This document shows positions 51,039 to 64,000 of a stretch of DNA of 64,000 nt, piece after piece; position 1 is the first letter of the stretch, and every line of letters begins with the position of its first letter. The notes under the pieces were generated by a model, which saw only the letters and a list, made by a program, of their open reading frames with translations, made no database searches and was not told the DNA's origin. The position numbers and the translations under genes are program-made. The DNA is from Chiloscyllium plagiosum (taxonomy: Eukaryota): NCBI RefSeq assembly GCF_004010195.1, contig NC_057734.1:31600466-31664465 (forward strand), written 5' to 3'.

Positions 51039-51689
51039 CTAGAAAAATAATGAAAAAAAAATCCCATATTAGAAGACTGCAAATCCGCAGTTTTAGAAGC
51101 ACTCTCAGAAAAGAACATATAAACACTGTATGTTTACTTCAACTTCCGAAAACATAATACTTCCCACATTACTGTTTTTTTCCCAGCTCTGCATTCTAAC
51201 TGCAGCTGCACACAGACTTCAACTTAATTGTTCTAGAATGGATCACTTGCAACATACAAGTGGCACAGCTATTTTTGCTCTTCAGTCTATGTTACCCAGT
51301 GTCCTCTTTCCTCCATGCATCTTGAAATGACACTTCAAAGGTTGCAACATTGGGCTCCATTTTGCTGGTGGTTCAGGCAGGGGGTCGATTAACTCAATTG
51401 GTTGGATGCCTGGTCTGTGATAAAGAGAGTTCAATTTCTGAACTAGTTGAGGCTACCATGAAGACCTCTCCTCCCACCTAAGGCATAGTGGCATTCAGGT
51501 TAAACCACACTAGTCATCTCTCTTTAATGAGACAGAGGCCTTTATGTTTCTCTGGAACTGTGGCAACTTTACCCTTAGTTCTGCCACCATAGGAGCTGGC
51601 AGGCCCTACACTATGTTGTGAAGGACAATAGTTTGGGCACCCCGTGCATGCACTGGAAGTATATGGATTCTGACATTATAATGTAATGT

Positions 51690-53330
51690 TGAGTGAAGTT
51701 TAAACTCTTCAGAAAGCATATCTCCTCTCTGTATCTAAGCCTGGAAATGGATTCAACTACTGTGCTCCACTATGAAAGTTGTCATGGAATTATGGCACCC
51801 CTCCCTGACTATGACCTATTGCCTCAAATCAGTAATAGAATGGCACTATCAGTGGCCATCAAGGTGACTATGATCCTCAATTTCCACCAACAGATCCTTC
51901 TGGCCTGGAGCAGGTGACATTGCCAACGTATTCCAGTTCAGCCAACACTGTCGCATCCAGGAGGTCCTATATATCAGGAATGGGGACTAATATTACTGAA
52001 TTCTCTTTAAGCAGAAAGGAACATGCTCTACGAGGATGGCAAGCATTCACATGGTGCAGGAACCTGCCAAATGCATTCATTCACCAATCATGTTGGAGAA
52101 TTCATGCTAGCCTGGCACCAGTAACTATGCTCTCATTTTGAAACAATCAATCCTTCTGTCTTTGGGCCACCAAGTTAAATTAGACAGTGACTGCACAGCA
52201 AAAGGAGTCATCCACTATACATATGGCTAATGGCTACCACACATTATCAGTATTCCTACAATATAAGCACTGCTGTAACTGGACGATGTTGTGAAGCAGA
52301 TTATTGACATCCTGGAAATCTTAGGGTAAGGGGTCCTTCCTGTACAGCCAGAGAGCATCCATGATTAGTGGCTGCACCATTGACAACCTGGCCACTCCGA
52401 GAATGTTATACTGTTCACCAGGTCATTGACAACCTTCTCAAGAAAAAGAAGTAAACTAGGAAGCTGGTACATCTAGTTTTGAAGAAATGTCTGCAGTCAC
52501 TTAATGAGCTTTTGATTTCCATGAATAAATCCTTAAAACCCAGCTGTTTAACACTTCCTCATCTCACCATCCATCTGTGATAGGGCATCACACTTTCTTC
52601 CTAGGCACAACATGGGAATAAAATACATCACAAAGCAAATGTCGCAAATCAGTTTATCAAGCAACACTGATTTCCAATGGGCTTTATATTGCCACTTCGG
52701 CTGAGGTGGTGCAATGGTCTGGGCTGGCTGACACGAATAGCAGGGACACTGACATCACACTAATGATAACAATACAAATGCTGTCATATTGGACAGCAGA
52801 TTCCTATGCCATGGGGACACTGGCACTATAGCTGAGCATATTCTGGAGCACAAATGGCTATACTGTTTCTACCCAGTCCTTCAAACATTGGCATCTTCAA
52901 CCATGGTGGCAGCAATGCAAATCTGTAAGGCACCAAGATGAGCTTGCATGGCAACTTGTAGAAATCAAATGATTTCAGTTTGAGCACTTAGTGTGGCACT
53001 CAGAGACGCAGCTTCTGTCTGTGCTACAACGGAAGCCAAGACACTGAGCATCAGATGTTGCATCAAAGTTGGGTCTGGACATATTCTCCTAGATTTAGCC
53101 ATCAACTCCACGAGGGGTAGGACAGGTTCCAACACTGCGCTGTACTGAGTTTGAGCCAGACGTCTTCTTGTTCTATGATAGGCTCTTTGGAAGGCCTATC
53201 AATGCACCAAACTTTTATGTGCGTGCTCATCAGCCCTTTTCCTGTATTCATCCTTTTGAAGACCTCATAGGAGTTCTTTGCAGCAGGATTAAGCTGCAGT
53301 CATGTTCTCCAGGGAGCATGATATGCATTA
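51690..53330 (+). mobile_element. Harbinger transposase (HARBI1-like) remnant
   Basis: ALSVAIKVTMILNF at about 51842 and GSFLYSQRASMISGCTIDNLA at about 52331 resemble HARBI1-family motifs. Confidence 0.55.
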
Positions 53331-53453
53331 TCTTTTCCCTTTATCATGGTTGCAGCCCACTTGCCCATATTCAACATTTTAATACACATACAGAATATAT
53401 TTAGATAGGGTCCATGTAAAGACAAATCATTAACTAAGTAGGTGAGAGCTTAC

Positions 53454-53542
53454 CCAAGATGGCAAAAATGACCATGAAGAAAAGTAGTAACGATAAAATG
53501 TCAATAAAAGGAGGGAGAGACTGGAAAATCTGACGCAAATTT
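53454..53542 (-). CDS. TPCN1: TPC1 exon 5
   Basis: (R)[29 protein letters not shown](G). Confidence 0.96.
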
Positions 53543-55379
53543 CTGAGAATTCAAAACAAAACATAATTAGAATTAACATTTTGCACTTTCTAGTAATTAT
53601 GTATTAATATTAAATGAGGATTTTCTTAAGAACCAATGGAGGGATCAACTAATTTTAAAAAACGGTTTAATTCGGCCTTACAGTGTTTTTGTTGATAACA
53701 TATTGAACATTTTTATTTATGACATAAAATATTATTGTGGTGAGAATTCCAATATTTAGAAAACATTATTCTGTCCATTTAAAACTTTCTCTTCTTCCTC
53801 AGCCAATCATTTCATAGTTACTAATTTAACAAAACCATTTGGCTTCTAGATTTTCAATCCAATTAAGAGGAGGGTAAGTATTTTCAGGATTTCCTGGAGT
53901 CAAATAATACTTTCACTGATGAAGTTTGCCATTTAAACAAACAGAAATTAATTAGCATTCTAGTCAATGGACAATAAATAATTCTGTATATTTGGAACTT
54001 AAGCAATATATAAATTACTGATGTCAAAACTATATTGTACAAAACAATTAGGGTTCTCACTAGATCAAAGCTGCTTACTTGTTATGTTTATTAAGGTTTA
54101 GTAACATAATGGAAAGATGGTTTACTTCAGATAACTCTAACATTATTAAATAGATCCATTTGCCATTTCTTGAATTTATTCCAACATTAATAATTGAAAA
54201 TAACTAAAATTACAATCTACAGCTGCAACTCAAAATGGAAGATGAATGGAAATTTCACCTCACTGAAGGTGCCAAAAAAAGAGAAATAATTGATGTGCTA
54301 TTGTGGATAAAGAAGTGACCTTCAAAAGCTAATGCTTTTCCCTTGCCTTAAACTCCATCTCCCACTAACCCCATGAAGTGAAAAGATGATAATACACACT
54401 TACCTTCTCATTGCTGCATTTCCCAAGGGGTAGACCTAACTCAACATTATTTTTGACCCAGAAACTGCCAGTCTGATTGGCTTGCAGCTTCTGGTGACCT
54501 CATAAGTGCCAAGGCCTGTGAGAAACTGTGGTCAGAAGCTACAACTTGAGGCTGAGACACTTACCTATGCTCTACCTATCAGCTTTTAACAAGTTATTTG
54601 GTGGCAATAGGTTGAATTCTTTCAGTTAGCTGCCTCTTAAAATTCCTGTCCAAAGCTTTGACTAAATGAAACAAAATATGTGAATTTATTTGGTTCACTA
54701 ACCCCAGCTGCACAGAAATTCACTGAAGTCCTTTGATCTGTAAAGATTTAATATATATAAAAACATCCTATTTGCATGTATTTACTGTCACCTGCTTTCA
54801 TCTCAAATTCATTTGTGCATAAATAAAAATCACTATTCCAAACTGTAATTATACCCTGCAGTTTTGTCAGTATATAGATAAGAACAGATGTACGAACTTA
54901 AAACGAGAACTCAATTATATCTGTATGTTATGGTCCATCTATCCCTTATTCTCTAATCCCATTTCATCTAAAGGTTGACTCATACAAGTTATGCTCATTT
55001 GAATGTAGACACAATAAAAGGAATGGCACTGGAATAAAACACATTCAGGATCACTGGCATTCTCATAATTTTGCTCTTAGTAACTACAATGGCATAAAGA
55101 CACTGGTTTCTTCTAAATATTTAAAAATACTATCTCCAGGTGAAAACAAGTGATTACTTTTATTTAATTTAAAACCAATTATTAAAAAGAAACAGAACTC
55201 TTCACAGTAAGAATTTTTAGTAAGTGTTAAGACATTGGTTGATACAAAACTCTGATTAGAAATCATGTGCTCAAACTATCAGTTTAAGGAACTGCATCAA
55301 TTTGCTGATCAATTTTTTTTGTCATGCCTGGTATTTATAGAATTCTTGACAAAAAAAAACATAATTACTGTAAATTTAC

Positions 55380-55510
55380 CTTCTCACTGCTCCACAATAT
55401 CTGCAGTCTACCAGAAAGATTGGCCGCAATGCTCGAGTTATCCGGACATGTGAAGTTTGCCTGATTAATACCACAATGACTTCTATAAACTGTACAAACA
55501 AAACCACACT
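55380..55510 (-). CDS. TPCN1: TPC1 exon 4 (IS3-IS4)
   Basis: [43 protein letters not shown](R). Confidence 0.96.
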
Positions 55511-56920
55511 CTGGAGAAATACCAGAAAGGGAACAGGTTAAAAATTCGTGTATTAAAAGTACTTAATAAATAGCAACTTCTAAAATTGAATAAATGATGT
55601 ATTAACAAAACAAGTTCCATTCACCAGAATTCATAAATAATGACATGCATGATGAAATATACATTTAGAACTGAGTCTTTCTGTTCAAATATTGCCATCC
55701 ACACTACTTCTCATATTGGAAAGCAATTATTTTCAGGACAAAAGTTGATTTGACTTTCAAATAATGGTTACTCATTCAAATACAAATTAGATTTATTTCA
55801 GAATGTAACATTTTAGGAAATAGTATATGAATCATCTAATGTAGCATTTTTAGGGGTAACAAAGTGACTTATAATTTATTCACCAAGTTATGTAACACAG
55901 AATACTGTGGCTCTAAGTTTCTCAGGATGGTCTATTGTTTAAAATTGCCAGAAGGTATGAAAAATCTATTAAAATATTTTATCAGACAAAGCTGTGTTTT
56001 ATTTTTGGATAGAGATATTAAATGATATGGTATTTAGTTAACTACACCCACAAATACAGCTTATTTCCCCCCTCCAAGCTAAGACGCAGCAAAATTGCTT
56101 TCTAGTCAACCTGGTTAACTGAATCCCACAATTATTATGCAATGGTAAGGATCTCCAATCTGAAGGTATAATGGGACAGATTCAATAATGGCTTTAGAAA
56201 GAGTCATTTATAATTACACAGAGAGAAAAAGTTTGAAAGGCTATAAGGAAAAGGTGAGAAACATGGGAATAGCTGAGGTGCTTTTGCAGAGGGCTGGTAC
56301 ATCCCATTGGGCTGAATGGTTTGCTTCTCTGCGGTTTCCATTCTATGATTTCTAAATTCTATTAGGTTTTAGAACAATTCCAGGGATTGGAAGATTGAAA
56401 ATGTAACCCTAGATTTCAAGAGAGTGACAACATGGCAGGCTGATCCATAAACATACACTCTAAGGAGAAGAGATAAAGTGGACAAAATGAATCAATTAGC
56501 AGAAAAAAAAATCAGTAACTGGTGGTATTGATTTAAAGTAATTAGTAGAATGATCGGGGAAATTCAGGAGGATTTTCTTTTTTCCCCACACTGACAGCAT
56601 GGGGTTCAGAATTCACTTCTTGAGTGGTTTGTTGAAGCAGAAACCATCTTTGCATTTAAAAAAACAGCTGGACATGCACTTGAGGTGCATTAGCCTTACA
56701 GGGCTATGGACCATGTGCCAGAAAGTGAGATTAGACTTGACAGGTTTTTTTTGGCCTGCAAAAGACACTAGAGGCCTTCTTCTGTGCTTTAGTTTTTCCT
56801 TTGCTTTTACTACAAAGGAGTTTCAGTATAATAGTATAGAAGTCTTAATATAATCATATAGGGATTCACATGTAACATTGACCTTATTTCTCAGACACAA
56901 TACATTAAAAAATAACTTAC

Positions 56921-57034
56921 TTTCAACATCGTTCTTTTGTGTCTAATAAATGTGTGAAAACCCAACCATCTCATCTTCATACCAAGTTCAAACACCACTG
57001 TGACAAGTGCAAACAATTCCAGTGTGGCATGCAC
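56921..57034 (-). CDS. TPCN1: TPC1 exon 3
   Basis: [38 protein letters not shown]. Confidence 0.96.
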
Positions 57035-58199
57035 CTAAACAAGTTTAAAATTAAATAATTTTAAACAAGAAACTGAAACATAATCAGTTAAAAAAATTAA
57101 GTAGCAATTTCTTAACAGAGCGTAGTGGGGAGACTTCAAGTTGATAGTCACAGAGCACATTGGTGTTGTCATAACTATGCAGTTTGATGTGCCTTCGTGT
57201 TGTACAATATGGAACTGGATTCCCATTTCCCTTTGCAGCAAATTCTCATGCTGAACACGATGTTATGCACAGGACACCAACAGTAGCCATTCCAAAATAC
57301 AGGAAGTATTTTCCTATCAATGCAAACACCAGAGAACGCTGCTAAGACTAAACATGGGACAACATGACTATTACAGCAACTGAATAGGAAAGAGTCGAGA
57401 AATCATTTTATAAGATCCCTCAAATGATATAAAGTAAATATGAAAGAGCAAAAAGATACAGGATACCTTGTGGCATGAATCATTTGTTTGACACAATACA
57501 GATAATAGGAGAGTATTCAAATGAGTCAGGACTGGTGCAATATTTGATTACTTGGATAAAGAAGGACATATTGGACACATCCAACATGATTTCAGAAAAA
57601 GATCATGCTTTACAAATCTAACTTTATTTTGCAAAGAACTTCCAAAGTTCAAGGATGATGGAAGTTCAACAGAAAATGATTCACATCTTCCGGCCAGTGG
57701 TAAGGGGACAGCTCCTCATCTAGTAGGTTCTAGAGGGTAATGTCATTCAGCAACAATGAAGTCATAAAACAGGATGATCAGCAGATTAAGTAACTCTCAA
57801 ACAGCAAACCAAGTAGTACAAAGCATGGGTTACATTTAAAATTTATATTTTAATCCTTTTACAGAAAGTTAATGCAATTAAGGTAGAAGCTGAAAAAAAA
57901 TACATTTTTTAAAAATTAAAAATCATGATTTTTAAAAACGACAAGGAAATTACACTCTTTCACGTAAACTTTTCACATCAACTTTTCAGAATGAGAGGTC
58001 ATTTAACCATAATTAAATGACCTTTCCAGAGTGCCCTAAATGCGACGCAATTTCCCATCAGAACCTTAGTTCACTTAAAAAGTGCAGCAGCAAGAAATTT
58101 GGCTCAATCATCATATTACAGCATAATCCACAGTTTAATCCACACTGAGAATCAAATTTGTTTGCATAAATCAACAAACATTAACCAGAGCATGACAGA

Positions 58200-61170
58200 C
58201 TTCATAGGAGCATAAAAGCCAAGAGCAGGTTCAGCCCTTCAAGCCTGCCCTGCTCTTCCACAAGATCTTCGCTGGTCTACCCAGACTTCAACTCCTCCTT
58301 CATACCAATTGCTTATAGCCTTGAAGTTCTTGATATTTTAAAAATCTATCAACCTCCTTTTTATATACTTTCAGTGATCTAGCTTCCACAAGTCTCCAGG
58401 GTAGAGAATTCCAGACATTCACTACCCTCAGAAGAAATTATTTTGTGTCTCAGTTTAAACGAGAATCCCCTTATTTTGTAATTGACTCCTAGTTTGAGAT
58501 CCCTCCCGAGTCGTGAAAACATCTTCTCAACATCTACCTCATCAAACCTCCTCAGTATCATGTGTGTTTCAATAAGATCAAATCCGCCCCACCCCCATTC
58601 TTCAAAACTCTAAAGAATAAATAACTAACCAACTTAACAGTTTTTAATAAGTCAACCCATTCATCCAAGAGATCAGTTCTTGGATAAAGAACCTCTTTTG
58701 AACTGCCTCTGATGCCTGCAGATCCTTTCTAAGTTACAGAGATCAAAATTGTAGACAGCATTCGAAGTGCGGCCTCACCCCTAGCCTTATACAGTTGTAA
58801 CAAGGCTTCTCTACTTTTGAATTCAAATTTTGTGGCAATGATGCTTGAAATTCTATTTGCCTTCTTAATTACTTGATATACATACAGGTTAACATTTTGT
58901 GTTTCATGCACTAGAACACTCAGATCCCTTTATGGTGCATTTAAATATTAGTCTCCCTTTTGATTCTTCCTTACACTTTCCAATATTAAATTCCAGCTTT
59001 CAAGTTTTGCCTCCTCACTCAACCTTCTTGCATCCCCTTGCAGATTTCTTAAGTCTTTATCGCATCATGTCCTGCCACTGTTTTCGTATCGTCAGTAAAT
59101 TTGGATTACTACACTCAGCATCTTTTTCCAAATTATGGATATAGATAGTAAATAATCATGTTCCCAGGGTTCCACTACTTATGTTTGTCAACATATAAAA
59201 GACCCATTAATCCTGATTTGCTAGCTTCTGTGTGTTAATTGATCCTCAATCCATGATAATGCATTCCCCCTAATACCATGAGCTCCAATCTGGTGCAATA
59301 ACCTTTTTCAGTGGCAGCTTACTGAATGCCTTATATAAATCAAATTGCACTATATCTATTAGAATATTTGATAGAATATCAAAGAACTCGAGTTAATTTC
59401 TCAAACATGACTTCCCTTTCACAACTATGTTGATTCAGTTTGATTGAGTTAAACGTTTCCGAATGTCCTGCAATTTCCTCTTTAATAACTGACTTTAGCA
59501 TTTTCCCATTCACAGATGTTAGCCTTACTGGCATATAGGTTACTGCTTTCTTTCTCCCTCCCTTCTTGAACAGGGGTATCACTTTCCTAGTTTTCAAACC
59601 TGCTGGAACCCTTCCAGAATTTACTGAGTTCTGGAACATTTTCCTCCAGTGTCTCTGCAACCACTTCCTTTAAAGCTCTTGAGTATAGGCTTTAAGGTCT
59701 TCACACCTTGTCAGGCTTTAGTCCCATTAGTTTGTCAAATACTTTAGTCACCATAACTCAGATTTTCAAACCTTCTTTCCTTCTATGAGCATCTTGATTC
59801 TCTGATATCTTTGGGATGTTTACAGTGCCCTTCATAGTTAAGACTGATGCAAACATATTGGTTTAAATAATCTGCTATTTCTCAGTTATCAATTCACAAA
59901 TCCACCAAGGATCCCACATTCACTTAGCTACTCTCTTTTCATATGTCCGTAGAATCTCTTGGTGTTTATTTTATTTTCTTGCCAATTTACTTTCATCATC
60001 AATTTCTTCCTTTTTTATTAGCTACAGTCATCTGCTGCTGATTCCTAAGAAATTCTCAATCATTTTGCCTACCATAGTTTTGGCCATTTTTTATGTCTTA
60101 GTTTTTCATTAGATATCCTCCTTGACACCTGCCTTAACCATGTGGTTATTCCTTCTCATCCAAGTCCTTCTTTCAACTGGAATTAATTTTTGCTGAGTGT
60201 TATAAAGTATCTGCTTAAATGTCTGCCACTGCTCATCAACTCACCTTCCCCTTAACTCTTCTTTCATACTTCTGTAACTGCCTCTATTTAAGTTGTGTTC
60301 ACTGGTGTGAGACACCAGTTGCTTGCTCTCAAACTGAATTTGTAATTCTACCATTTTGTGATCTCTACCCCCTACAGTATCCTTAACTATGAGATCTCTT
60401 ATTAATCCTACCTCATTACACATTACTAGGTTCAAAGATAGACTTTTCCCAGGTGGGTTGTACAATATACTGCTCTAAGAAACAAGCTATGAGCATTCTA
60501 CAAATTCATCTTCCATTCTATCCTTGCCCATCTAATTTATTTAGTCAATATGCAGATTAAAATAACCCATGACAATTGCAGTCCCCTTCTAACATTCCCC
60601 AATATTTCCTGATTTATAATTTGTCTTAGTGAAGCAACTCTCTGGAAACCTATTGCCCTCTACCACTTGAGACTTCTTTCAATTGCTACTCCTGATTTCT
60701 ACTCAAACTGATTCCATATTGCAATCTATAGCACATGTATCACTACACAGCACCACATTGCTAGCTTCCTTTCTTAACAATGATGTCCACTTCAGTTTCC
60801 TCTTTGCATATATTTCTGGAATATAAAATACCTTTCAATATTGAGGTTTTAAATTCTGGTCACCCTGCAACCACGTCTCTGCAAAATCTACCAAGGCATA
60901 TGCATCTATTTGTGCTAAAAACTCACCTATTACAAATGCTATATGCATTCAGATAAAGTTTTGACATTTTCCTATTATTACATATTCAGGATTTAATTAC
61001 TGCTTTACTCTTCTGTTTATACATTCTATCTCTTCCCCAACACTGATGATTGTTTACTTCTTCACCACCAGGCACCTCTGCTCTCTCATTTCTTTCTAAT
61101 CTTGCCTTCAACTAAACCGTTGTTACCAGTAATGAGTTAAAAGTCCTATCTACAAACTTAGTTGTACAAG
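58200..61170 (-). mobile_element. Long degenerate CR1 LINE (APE, RT and 3' tail)
   Basis: LNLVMCNEVGLIRDLIVKDTVGGRDHKMVE (APE end); VIPLFKKGGRKKAVTYMPVRLTSV (RT). Confidence 0.85.
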
Positions 61171-61259
61171 GATGAATTTAGGCATGACACATTAACAAAT
61201 ACTTGAAAGACAGACATTCTGAGCTAAGCATTGTCAAAAGTTGTGAAGACATAACATAC

Positions 61260-61436
61260 ATAAATGTCGAGACGGAGCGAGGGAACTGCTGGAGCTTCAC
61301 ATAAGGAGAGTATCAGCAGCAGCACACCAGAAATCAGCTCCATGACATAGAATATGTGATTGTGCACAAAGAGGTAGGCTGCAAGGGCTCTTTGATCTTT
61401 TGGATGAGTGAAGAACTTGTCATTATTTTCTCCCTC
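61260..61436 (-). CDS. TPCN1: TPC1 exon 2 in window
   Basis: [59 protein letters not shown]. Confidence 0.97.
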
Positions 61437-63463
61437 CTGTAAGTGACAAAATGAAAAGACAGCTATGAACAATTTATTATTTTTTACTGCTGAGTTATCA
61501 GTTGTAGCACTTTCTATCTCGAGCACAACAACAAAAAGAAATGTGTCCATCAAAAATGTAACCTTTAAATAGTAACCAAAATATAAAGTTACATTTCTGA
61601 CTCCTTTCTAGCAACATCATCATAATCAAATGTGTCCTTTATTATTTTGGTGCTAAGTAAATTCAACAAATCAAGATCTGTAGACAAAGGGTTAAATGCA
61701 TTCGTTAAATAATTTTGACCTTTATTGTTAAAAAGCCCTGCAGTGTCTTTAATGTTATTTAGTCACTTTTACAGCAAGAGACTGAATTTCAAAAATAATG
61801 ATTATATAACAAATTCTGTACACCTTTGGAATCTTCATTTTCTTGGCATTGTAACTGTATAATACAAACTTGTACAGGAAACCTGGCTTCATAGGCATTT
61901 TTAAACAAAACACTTATACATTCTTCTAACATTTGCTAATATTTTATTTGCACCTTGTGCACAGCTTCATGTATTGTATTGAATGTTTGACACATTAGCA
62001 CATCATCTTGCTGTAATTAAGTCATCTTGAAATCAATAACTGAATTAAAAGTGAAAAGGTTAATGGACCAGCATGTCATTCTATACATATCAAAAGTATT
62101 GAATGTTAATAATGACGAATACTTTTTTTTAAAAAACATCAAATTGTTTTATTTGAAAAAATAGAAGTCCATTTAAACAGTGAACAGAACTATTCAATAC
62201 AATCAAATTTTTTAAAATATGGAATGTTATTGAATGCATTATAACTGATAACTGACATAACACAGAAGATATTGGACTGGATCACTTTAAGTATAATTTA
62301 GGAGAAACATATCACTTAAAATTTATACGGAAGACTACTAAACATTTGCCAATTATATTGAAAATATACAGATTCACTTTAAGATAAATGGTATACATTT
62401 TTTTCATAAACAAATTGTAACTTGTTCATCATCTGTAGGTTCTGATTTAACCAGTACTTCTCTGGAAAAAAATAATTACCTACTTAGGTGCATTCTTTTA
62501 GTGCTACTTATGTCATGGTTGTAACCAGGACTTCCTCAGAAGTACTTTCCTGTTAACATCAACAACATCAGGAATGCATTAAATTAATCCTGTTAAATTA
62601 CTAGTTTACATTTCATTACAATATAAGGTTGATTATCGGAGACAGAAAAGTTTTTTTTAAATTTGTAAACTAAACTACCCAATTTTGTTAAAAAGACACA
62701 AAGAAGAAACAAACTACTTTGATAGTGTGGATTACAACGTCTTTTTACCTCTGGGATTTGATTTTGAATTTAGCCCCAAGATTAAAGTCTCATTCTCTGT
62801 ATTTGTGAAGGTTCCAAATAAAGTGCACTTGGACAGTCACCCCCAGTTTGTAGTAACAATGTGTTAGCAATGAGATAGAATCGAGATATCATTAATATGG
62901 AGCAAGCTAATGAACCCCTCCTGAGACAAACCAAAAGGTTGATTCGTATTTAAAGTTAAACTTTTGCAATTTGGAATTCTCATGCTGATAGAGAAAAAAA
63001 AGTGGAAGCCTCACTCTACATCTGTTTTGTCTTTTAACTGCCTTGCAGTGATCAGAAATGCAACCAGAAGTACTGCAAGTTAAAAAAGAAACATGTTTAA
63101 AATTCCATTCTTCAGCACTTATATCACTTACCTTGACAAGTACAATATATATGTAATACCAGCTTCATCAAACTAAACCAATATTAGTTTGATGAGATTA
63201 TGAACTAGATTAACAAGCTTACAGTCAAAATACAAGGTCAGGGATCAGTTAGGACCAGAACAGATGTAAGAACATTATGGCCAGATTATCTGTAATTAAA
63301 GCTCAACAGTTTTGCTTTTATTAAATAAAAGCTATAGTATCAATTTCACAACAGCAACAATACCAAGTTACCTTGCTTATACATACTTCTTTCAAACTGA
63401 TATACTCTTCATTTTTAATAGCTTAACTGGAGCAGGATCAGCAGTTGTAAAAAGGTTCCACAC

Positions 63464-63594
63464 CTGTAAGTAGATTGCTGCTTCCTGATAATTCATCTCC
63501 CAGACTTGTTTCAGAGAACCATAGCTTGCTCTGTACTCTCGAATGTCTGGTGTTGCAATCACTTCAGTGTTGATAATGTCATATCCTCCTCCAT
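63464..63594 (-). CDS. TPCN1: TPC1 first coding exon in window (internal exon; start codon lies beyond the window)
   Basis: Phase-1 acceptor, GGGYDIINTEVIATPDIREYRASYGSLKQVWEMNYQEAAIYLQ; WEMNYQEAAIYLQ matches mammalian TPC1. Confidence 0.93.
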
Positions 63595-64000
63595 CTGTTA
63601 AGAGGGTGAAAGTGGATGGTTCAAAATAGCAACAGGACAGGCAGGTCAGGCATTATCCTTCAAGTGCTACTTAAATTTCATTCATAATGCACTTATAAAG
63701 GGGAATGAAATTACTTTGTCTTAGAAGAACTAGAAGCAGCTAATTAACACAAAATGTGAATGCCTTTGGAATTGGGAATAAAGAGGAAGATTAAAAAAAG
63801 GAAAATGTATCACACTGATGAAACTGAGCACTTCAAATAAGAACTCATCACTCAGGGGATTTTAGCATCTGAATGATTAATTTTATAAGACCATTATTCT
63901 TATGCTCTCATCAAAAACAAGCTTGGTTTTGTTAATAATAAAAGTTAATTTCAATCTTAGTGTTCTCCTTCATTTTAATCATTGGCAATATCATGCTGTA

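Noticed and set aside
61224-61553. 109-aa ORF as a standalone gene
   Set aside because: It is TPCN1 exon 61260-61436 plus intronic read-through.
63592-63594. ATG at the start of the first exon in the window as the TPCN1 start codon
   Set aside because: It is out of frame with WEMNYQEAAIYLQ and directly follows an acceptor AG. The N-terminal segment must come from an upstream exon.

Overview
Vertebrate genomic DNA, most likely a cartilaginous fish (shark), judged from its repeat families (HE1/V-SINE, Deu/SacSINE-like SINEs, CR1 LINEs, Penelope-like elements). The minus strand carries TPCN1 (two-pore channel 1). I traced 26 GT-AG coding exons by hand from 63594 down to the stop at 5784; they total 2351 nt with consistent phases (about 782 aa), and the first coding exon lies beyond the window. 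The introns hold degenerate CR1, RTE, Penelope, Harbinger, Gypsy and SINE copies. The standout is at 36.4-39.9 kb. A Gypsy 5' LTR is split at one site (AAGAACAGGAGTGT, just downstream of its CCAAT and TATA-like boxes) by about 17 stacked poly(A)-tailed retro-inserts. These are 3' ends of a Tx1-like LINE, polyadenylated pieces of the LTR itself, and unrelated polyadenylated RNAs, which points to a target-specific retrotransposon system aimed at another element's LTR promoter. A second theme is Penelope pLTR mini-insertions with 12-14 bp TSDs, fold-back structures and minimal hammerhead ribozyme motifs. All assignments are by eye, without database searches, and repeat boundaries are approximate.
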